NCBI GenBank assembly: GCA_944384405.1
Contig: CALWTH010000015.1
Location: 90 to 64,089, forward strand
Length of the DNA stretch: 64,000 bases
Reading direction: 5' to 3'
DNA from: an uncultured Clostridia bacterium
GTDB lineage: Bacteria > Bacillota > Clostridia > Christensenellales > UBA1242
Positions 19,602 to 27,000 of this stretch are shown here, in pieces (position 1 is the first letter of the stretch; each line of letters starts with the position of its first letter). The notes under the pieces are model-generated. The model was not told where the DNA came from, did no database searches, and saw nothing but the letters and a program-made list of their open reading frames with translations. The translations under genes were made by a program, and so were the position numbers.

Positions 19602-19626
19602 AAAACAACCCTGTGAGGTTGTTTTT
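19602..19626. terminator. bidirectional terminator hairpin
   Basis: AAAACAACC / GGTTGTTTT 9-bp stem with loop CTGTGA. T-runs follow on both strands. Confidence 0.5.
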
Positions 19627-19730
19627 AGCCAAAGCCGGAAGCTATTGCGAAGGCAATAGCGGTCTGGCTCCGACAGGAGTTGATGTCCCGTAGGGACTCA
19701 AAATCCCGCAAAAATATCTAAATAAAAAAA

Positions 19731-19816
19731 TGGTGCTGGTGGTGGGAGTCGAACCCACATGAAGTTGCCCTCGCGGGATTTTGAGTCCCGTGCGTCTGCC
19801 ATTTCGCCACACCAGC
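19731..19816 (-). tRNA. tRNA-Leu (anticodon CAA), class II with long variable arm, CCA encoded
   Basis: Folded by hand: acceptor GCTGGTG/CACCAGC, anticodon stem CGGGA/TCCCG with loop CTCAAAA, 15-nt variable arm, T-arm GTGGG-TTCGACT-CCCAC, discriminator A, CCA. Confidence 0.9.
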
Positions 19817-19835
19817 AAATATTTAAGTCCTGATT

Positions 19836-19864
19836 ATCTTACCACATCAAAAGAATATTTGCAA
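19836..19864 (-). promoter_or_regulatory. putative promoter of tRNA-Leu
   Basis: On the minus strand: TTGCAA, 17 nt, TAAGAT, ending 19 nt before the tRNA 5' end. Confidence 0.4.
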
Positions 19865-19881
19865 CAAGTTTTTACAAATTA

Positions 19882-19910
19882 TTGACATCACAGTTTGTAT
19901 ATTCTAAAAT
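19882..19910 (+). promoter_or_regulatory. promoter of mcsA-mcsB-clpC
   Basis: TTGACA (19882..19887), 17 nt, TAAAAT (19905..19910). The mcsA ATG is only 7 nt downstream. Confidence 0.5.
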
Positions 19911-19917
19911 TGTATAT

Positions 19918-20358
19918 ATGTTATGTGAAAATTGTCAGGAAAGGAATGCGACATCGTACTGTCAAATCAATGTTGGTGGGAAAGTAGTCCAAAAATATTT
20001 ATGTCAACAGTGTAGGGCTGCACTTGTGCCAAGTGATGAACTTTCTGTTAATCCTGAATTTCAAATTAAAAATCAATATTGTCACAATTGTGGTACCACA
20101 CTCAAAGATTTTGTTGCCTCTGGCTATGTTGGGTGTGAATATTGTTATATCGAATTTTATCCAATAATTAAGCAAGCACTGCATGGCGTGCAAAAAGAAA
20201 TAAAAAATATGGGCAAAGTGCCAAAGCGTTTTGAACTTAAAACACAAATTGAAGACACTGAAAAACTTTTGGAGCAGGCAATTTCAAATTCCGACCTTAT
20301 GCAAGTGAATAGGCTTTCTGCAAAGCTTAGGCAGTTAAAAGGAGAGTATCATGATTGA
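19918..20358 (+). CDS. mcsA: McsA-like protein arginine kinase activator (zinc-finger/UVR)
   Basis: Starts MLCENCQERNA. Four CxxC pairs (CENC, CQQC, CHNC, CEYC). Overlaps mcsB by 8 nt. Confidence 0.75.
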   Translation: MLCENCQERNATSYCQINVGGKVVQKYLCQQCRAALVPSDELSVNPEFQIKNQYCHNCGTTLKDFVASGYVGCEYCYIEFYPIIKQALHGVQKEIKNMGKVPKRFELKTQIEDTEKLLEQAISNSDLMQVNRLSAKLRQLKGEYHD

Positions 20359-21352
20359 ACCAGTGGTGATATCTTCTCGAATAAGGCTTGCAAGAAATTT
20401 TCATGACCTTCCTTTTCCAAACAAACTTAGTGACCTTGAATCTGCCACCAGTGTTTCAAAGGCGATTTTCGCTATTCTTGGTGATGACTTTGAATTTAGA
20501 AGGCTAAAACACATGAATTCAAACTCATGCCTTAAACTTCTTGAAAATCATACAATAAGCAAAGAGCTTATTGACAATAAAGACATCTCAGGCTATGCAA
20601 TGTCACCAGATGGACAGGTGACTGTTATGATTAACGAAGAAGACCATCTAAGACTTCAATGTATAATAAACGAGTTTGATTTAAAAAAGTGTTACTTAAA
20701 ACTTAGTGAGATTGATGACAAAATTTTAGACAAAATAGACATGGCATATTCAAAAGAACTAGGCTTTTTAACGGCATGTCCCACAAATGTGGGAACAGCT
20801 ATGCGTGCATCGGTTATGCTCTTTTTGCCAGCACTTTCTTTTAATGGAGTCATGAAACAACTTGTTGAAACTCTTTCTCAAAACGGGCTTGTTGTTAGGG
20901 GACTTTTTGGTGAAGATAGTGCATGCGAAGGGTATTTTTATCAAATTTCAAATAGATATACGCTTGGGCTAACCGAAGAAGAAATAATTGATTTAGTTAC
21001 TAAAAATGTGTCAAAAATAATTGAAATGGAACTTTCTTCAAGAAAAACTTTAAAACAAGTCAACAAAAATGTTATAATAGATATGTGTTATAGAGCATAT
21101 GGGCTGCTCACAAATTCATATATGATGCCACTTGATGAGGCTATTATGCAACTTTCAAAGCTTAGATTTGGCGTGGTTTTGGGACTTGTGAAATTGAAAA
21201 ACCCCAAAATTATAGATGATCTTTACACCCTCATTCAACCGGCACACCTTGAAGATTATTATTCGCTTGACTTAAATCCATTGGAACAGCGCATATTTAG
21301 AGCGAAGTTCTTATCTGAAAATTTGGAAAATAAACTAATCAAAGGAGTTTAA
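20351..21352 (+). CDS. mcsB: protein arginine kinase
   Basis: Phosphagen-kinase motifs NEEDHLRLQ and CPTNVGTAMRASV. Confidence 0.85.
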   Translation: MIEPVVISSRIRLARNFHDLPFPNKLSDLESATSVSKAIFAILGDDFEFRRLKHMNSNSCLKLLENHTISKELIDNKDISGYAMSPDGQVTVMINEEDHLRLQCIINEFDLKKCYLKLSEIDDKILDKIDMAYSKELGFLTACPTNVGTAMRASVMLFLPALSFNGVMKQLVETLSQNGLVVRGLFGEDSACEGYFYQISNRYTLGLTEEEIIDLVTKNVSKIIEMELSSRKTLKQVNKNVIIDMCYRAYGLLTNSYMMPLDEAIMQLSKLRFGVVLGLVKLKNPKIIDDLYTLIQPAHLEDYYSLDLNPLEQRIFRAKFLSENLENKLIKGV

Positions 21353-21353
21353 A

Positions 21354-23771
21354 ATGCAAAATCCAGCATCGGATAGTTTGGAAAAAGTTATAAAAAACGC
21401 TGGCAAAGTGGCGTTAAAATATGGAAGTAACCAAGTTGGTACTGAGCATATTTTGTATGGGCTTTGCAGCGTAAAAGATTGCATGGCGTCTAAAATACTT
21501 AAAGAGTATGGAATAACAAGCGAAGGCTTGACTGAAATTTTTAACGACAATTCGCAGGGAGTTTTTGTAGGCGTTGATGTTGAACTCACACCACGAAGCA
21601 AAGAGATAATCAGCATGGCAAAACAAGTTGCAATGCAACTAGGACATAACTTTGTCGGACCTGAGCATCTTCTTTTTGCACTTTTGTCCAGTCCAAATTG
21701 TTTTGCAGTTAGACTAATAACTTCATATTTTCGTGCAAATTTGACGGAAATTAAGTCAAAACTTGTTGTGTTTTTGCAAGGTAGCAATGACCTTTCTTCT
21801 GACTTGCCACAAGATGCGCAAAGAAGTTCACTTCCTGAAAAATTGCTTGATATGGGCTATGATGTCACACTTAAAGCAAGACAGGGTAAAATTGACCCCA
21901 TAATTGGTAGGGAAACGGAAATTGAACGCATAATTGAAATACTATGCAGAAAGACCAAAAACAATCCTATTTTGATTGGTGAAGCAGGGGTTGGGAAAAC
22001 GGCTATTGTTGAAGGACTTGCACAGGCGATTGTCAGCGGTAATGTACCTGAGATATTAAAAGATAAGATAATATATTCTCTCGAAATTGGTGGACTTATG
22101 GCAGGCACTAAATATCGTGGCAGTATGGAAGAAAAGCTTAAAGACACCATTGAAACAATAATTGCAAGTAAAAACATCATTGTGTTTATTGACGAAATTC
22201 ACACACTTGCACAAGCAGGTAGTGAAAAAGGCGAAACAAGCCCAAAAGATATGCTAAAGCCATATCTTGCTCGTGGAGAACTTCAAACGATTGGAGCGAC
22301 AACAACAGATGAATATGCAAAATTTATTGAAAGTGACAAGGCACTAGAAAGAAGATTTCAACCAATCATGGTCAATCCACCAACTGTTGAACAGACCATT
22401 GAAATATTAAAGGGACTAAAAGATAGTTATGAGGCATTTCATAACGTCACAATAACCGATGAGGCGATTGAAGCGGCTGCCACACTCTCAGATAGATACA
22501 TTATGGACAGGAGTTTGCCAGATAAGGCAATTGACTTAATTGATGAGGCTAGCAGTAAAGCAAAAGTCAGTTTCAACTTAAAGCCAAGTGCAATAAGGGA
22601 AAAAGAAGAAAAAATCAAGCAACTATCTGCCAATAGAGATGAGGCAAGTATTCAACGCAACTACGAAAAGGCAGCAAAAATACAGACGCAAATTTTGGAA
22701 CTTGAAGACGAACTGAAAAAACTAAATGAGAATTTCAGCAGAACATCAAACTCAAATTCAAACTCAATAGGAGCAAATGAAATTGCAGAAGTTGTTTCAA
22801 AGTGGACAGGAATACCAGTTACCAAAATAACAGAAACAGAGCGTGAAAAACTTATAAATCTTGAAAACATTCTTCATAAACGCGTAGTTGGTCAAGATGA
22901 GGCAGTTAGCGCTGTTGCAAAAGCAATTCGTAGGTCAAGAGTTGGACTTCATGACAATAAACGACCAATAGGTTCATTCTTGTTCTTAGGTCCAACGGGA
23001 GTTGGAAAGACAGAACTGTGCAAAGCAATAGCAGAAGCTATGTTTGATGACGAAAATAACATAATAAGAATAGATATGAGTGAATACATGGAGCCACATA
23101 GTGTTTCAAAGCTCATAGGTGCTCCACCGGGATATGTTGGCTTCGATGAAGGCGGACAACTGACCGAACAGGTAAGACGAAGACCATATAGCGTTGTGCT
23201 TTTTGATGAAATTGAAAAGGCACATCCAGATATATTCAACTCACTTTTGCAAGTGCTTGACGATGGAAGATTGACCGATAGTCAAGGCAGAACAGTAAAT
23301 TTCAAAAATACAATCATAATAATGACAAGTAACATTGGCAGTGAAGAAATGAATGAAAGGCATCTTGGCTTCAATTCACAGAGCATCGAAGAAGAAGATG
23401 AAATTAAAGATATATACTATCAAGCACTAAGAAGAAAACTTAAACCAGAATTTTTGAATAGGATAGATGTCATATGTGTGTTTAAACCATTAAATGAAAA
23501 TGACCTAGTGAAAATTGCAACAATTATGATATCTAATATAAATAAGCGTTTAACAAGAAGTGGACTAGAACTAAAACTCACCAATAGGGCACTTGACTAC
23601 ATCGTCAGAAGTGGAACAAATCTTCAATATGGCGCAAGACCACTTAAAAGGTATATCCAGCAAGAAGTTGAAGACAGAATTGCAGAAAAGATACTTCTTG
23701 GACAAATTAGTTCCACAGGTAGCGTAATTATTGACTGCGTTGACGGCGAATTGACATTTAAAAGTCAGTGA
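21354..23771 (+). CDS. clpC: ATP-dependent Clp protease ATP-binding subunit ClpC
   Basis: 805 aa with Clp_N repeats, two Walker A loops (GEAGVGKTA, GPTGVGKTE) and a UVR-like middle segment. Confidence 0.9.
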   Translation: MQNPASDSLEKVIKNAGKVALKYGSNQVGTEHILYGLCSVKDCMASKILKEYGITSEGLTEIFNDNSQGVFVGVDVELTPRSKEIISMAKQVAMQLGHNFVGPEHLLFALLSSPNCFAVRLITSYFRANLTEIKSKLVVFLQGSNDLSSDLPQDAQRSSLPEKLLDMGYDVTLKARQGKIDPIIGRETEIERIIEILCRKTKNNPILIGEAGVGKTAIVEGLAQAIVSGNVPEILKDKIIYSLEIGGLMAGTKYRGSMEEKLKDTIETIIASKNIIVFIDEIHTLAQAGSEKGETSPKDMLKPYLARGELQTIGATTTDEYAKFIESDKALERRFQPIMVNPPTVEQTIEILKGLKDSYEAFHNVTITDEAIEAAATLSDRYIMDRSLPDKAIDLIDEASSKAKVSFNLKPSAIREKEEKIKQLSANRDEASIQRNYEKAAKIQTQILELEDELKKLNENFSRTSNSNSNSIGANEIAEVVSKWTGIPVTKITETEREKLINLENILHKRVVGQDEAVSAVAKAIRRSRVGLHDNKRPIGSFLFLGPTGVGKTELCKAIAEAMFDDENNIIRIDMSEYMEPHSVSKLIGAPPGYVGFDEGGQLTEQVRRRPYSVVLFDEIEKAHPDIFNSLLQVLDDGRLTDSQGRTVNFKNTIIIMTSNIGSEEMNERHLGFNSQSIEEEDEIKDIYYQALRRKLKPEFLNRIDVICVFKPLNENDLVKIATIMISNINKRLTRSGLELKLTNRALDYIVRSGTNLQYGARPLKRYIQQEVEDRIAEKILLGQISSTGSVIIDCVDGELTFKSQ

Positions 23772-23813
23772 CTCATAAATCTTAAATACAATCTTTTTTG
23801 ATTATTTTTATAA

Positions 23814-23851
23814 AAAAATACTCGTAAAATTTGATTTTACGAGTATTTTTC
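23814..23851 (+). terminator. rho-independent terminator after clpC
   Basis: 17-bp stem AAAAATACTCGTAAAAT / ATTTTACGAGTATTTTT. Confidence 0.7.
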
Positions 23852-23932
23852 GTATATAATAATTACAACTAACTCTCAAAATTGTTTTTTAAAACTGAAA
23901 TTATAAAAAATAAAAAAACTTTGTGTAAAAAC

Positions 23933-23967
23933 TTGACAACTGGGGGGGGGGGGGGGGCTACTATAAA
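23933..23967 (+). promoter_or_regulatory. promoter of the giant LRR gene with a homopolymer in its spacer
   Basis: TTGACA (23933..23938). -10 candidates TACTAT (23959..23964) and TATAAA (23962..23967). The spacer is occupied by G16. Confidence 0.5.
23942..23957 (+). repeat. poly-G homopolymer, 16 nt
   Basis: Counted directly: t + 9 g, then 7 g + cta. Confidence 0.95.
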
Positions 23968-24030
23968 AATAGCCTAGGGAATGTGCAAAAACTTACCTAG
24001 GTTCTCCCATAAAAAACAAGGAGTGTAAAA

Positions 24031-27000
24031 ATGAAAAATTCCTTAAAATTAATTATCACGATTGCTATGTGTTGCATCTCAACTGCTTTGCTCGTCTTTG
24101 GTGTGTATAGTGCAAATCAAATTGATTATTCACTAACGGGCAATATTTTTTATGAGGTCAACTCTCTTTACACAGATGTGTCAACATCACTTTATGCGTT
24201 GACACAAACACAAGAACAAAGTGAGATTGATTCATATTTAAAAATGGTGGAACTGAAAGATAGTTTGGACAATAATCAATCCCTTCCTGATGATATTGTC
24301 AAATTGGACTATTCTAGTTTTTATTCAACAATGAACAATAACATAAGTGAAGAGGATACTCTGCTAGCTAGCGAAACATTTGGGGTCAGTTATGATGACT
24401 ATGATCCAGTTTTGGTGACGCCAACGGCATACACTTTTTATTTGGTGTTTGAAGTAAAAAACTATTCAAGCGAAACAATAAGTGCACTACTCGATTTTTC
24501 AAATATAACCAATAATACGACCAACACCACAGTAAATTCATTATTCACTAAGGCAAACATATACGGCAAAACAGGGGAAGAGGAATATGGAACATTTTAT
24601 TTTGTGTCGTCACTATCTTTTGATAAGCACTCTATATTAAAATCGTATAATTTTGATAACATAACATTTACAGTAAATACTGGGGAATTGGTGTCAACAC
24701 CATTGTCACAATTTACCTTCACCACAAGCAATGGTCAAGCAACATTGACGTCATATGTAGGCGATAGTACCGATGTGGTTATCCCATCTCACCTTGATGA
24801 CGGAACACCCGTCACAGAATTAGGTGGAAATGCGTTTAGAAACAAAACTATCCAAAATGTTTACATACCAGATACTATTAGTGTAATCAATGATGCTGCT
24901 TTTAGTGGTTGCACAAATTTATCTAATGTTGACATTCAAAGTAATTGTTTGACAAGCATAGGGTATTCAGTTTTTTCTGGTTGCAGTAGTTTACAAAGTA
25001 TAACAATACCAAACTCAGTGATAAGTATAGGAAGATATGCATTTAATAATTGCAGTAGTTTGCAAGGAGTGACATTGCCAAATAACGATAATTTTACAAC
25101 GATAGAAGGTGATATGTTTTATAATTGCAAGAATTTACAAAGTATCACAGTGCCAGGCTCGGTAACAAGTATAGGCAGTTATGCGTTTCGTGGTTGCAGT
25201 AGTCTGCAAGAGGTGACATTGCCAAATAACGATAACTTCACAACGATAGAAAGAGATACATTTAATGGTTGCAGTAGTTTACAAACCATCACAATACCAA
25301 AATCGGTAACAAGTATAGGATATTCTGCGTTTTCTGAATGTAGCAGCATAAAAAGAGTGCACTATTTGGGAACGGTCAACGATTGGCTTAATATAAGTTT
25401 TCATGATGGGACTTCAAACCCCATATGGTATGGTGCAAATTTGTATATAAATGGTACCTTATTTGAAGAGATCAAGGCAGAGGATTTCACTGATGGCAAA
25501 GAGGTCACAAAGATAAATGATTATGCATTTTCTGGTTGTGTCAGTTTAAAAAGTGTCACAATACCAAGTGGTGTGACAAGTATAGGAAGTTCTGCATTTT
25601 ATAGATGTAGTAGCATAAAAGATGTGTACTATTTGGGAACAGTCAATGACTGGCTTAACATAAGTTTTGGTGCTTCATCTTCAAATCCATTGAATAATGG
25701 AGCAAATTTGTATATAAATGGCACCTTATTACTTGAAGAAATAAAGGCAGAGGACTTTACTATTGGCAAAGAGGTAACAGCAATAAGCGATTATGCTTTT
25801 TATAATTGCAAAACTTTAAAAAGTGTCACAATACCAAGTGGTGTAACAAGTATAGGCAGTTATGCGTTTCGTGGTTGCAGAAGTTTACAAAGTATCACAG
25901 TGCCAGGCTCAGTAACAAGTATAGGAAGTTATGCGTTTTATGGTTGCAGTAGTTTACAAGAAGTGACGCTGCCAGATAACAATAACTTATCAACTATAGA
26001 AAATTATACATTTTATGGTTGTAATGGTTTAACAAGTATAACAATACCAGACTCAGTAACAAGTATAGGAAGTTATGCATTTGATGCTTGCAGTAATATA
26101 AAAGAAGTGTACTATTTGGGAACAGTCAATGACTGGTTTAACATAAGTTTTAGTGGTTCATCTTCAAATCCATTGAATAATGGAGCAAATTTGTATATAA
26201 ATGACACCTTACTTGAAGAGATTAGGGCAGAGGATTTTACTATTGGCAAAGAGGTAACAGCAATAAGCGAATATGCTTTTTATAATTGCAAAACTTTAAA
26301 AAGTGTTACAATACCAAGTGGTGTAACAAGTATAGGAAGTTATGCATTTAATGATTGCAGTAGTTTGCAAAGTATTATAGTGCCCGATACGGTAACAAGC
26401 ATAAGATATCAAGCGTTTACGGGTTGCAGTAATATAAAAGAAGTGTACTATTTGGGAACAGTCAATGACTGGCTTAACATAAGTTTTGGTGATTTATATT
26501 CAAATCCATTGAATAATGGAGCAAATTTGCATATAAATGATACCTTACTTGAAGAAATAAAGGCAGAGGACTTTACTGATGGTAATGAGGTCACAAAGAT
26601 AGGTTATGCATTTTATGGTTGTAATAGTTTAAAAACCATTACAATACCAGAAACGGTAACAAGTATAGGAAGTTCTGCATTTTATGGTTGCAGTAATTTA
26701 CAAGAAGTGACACTGCCAGATAACGATAAATTTACAACGATAGAAAGAAATACATTTGATGGTTGCAGTAGTTTACAAACCATCACAATCCCAGCAAATG
26801 TAACAAGTATAGGAAGTCAAGCATTTTATAATTGCAGTAGTTTACAAGAAGTGACACTGCCAGATAACGATAAATTTACAACGATAGAAAGTAATACATT
26901 TTATAATTGCTGTAGTTTATCTAGCATCACAATCCCAGCAAATGTAACAACTATAGGAAGTCAAGCATTTTGGGGTTGCAGTAATTTGTTTCTTGTTATT

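Noticed and set aside
19631-19675. SRP (4.5S) RNA-like hairpin, considered because of GCCGGAAGC and the nearby presence of ftsY in the window
   Set aside because: The helix is a perfect 8-bp stem with a GAAG loop. It lacks the conserved asymmetric and symmetric internal loops (AGCA/GGAA context) of SRP domain IV.
19545-19730. Split or intron-containing tRNA-Leu (group I intron) or tmRNA
   Set aside because: No 5' tRNA half (GCTTGTG acceptor strand) is present. The ~140 nt is too short for a group I intron, I saw no P3/P7-like core, and there is no tag-peptide ORF or tRNA-Ala-like acceptor for tmRNA.
19817-19917. CtsR operator (GGTCAAA direct repeat) upstream of mcsA
   Set aside because: The heptad is not present on either strand in this interval.
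21335-21787. ORF 21335..21787 (-), 150 aa
   Set aside because: It is antisense to the clpC 5' region and has no RBS, while the sense-strand gene has strong motif support.
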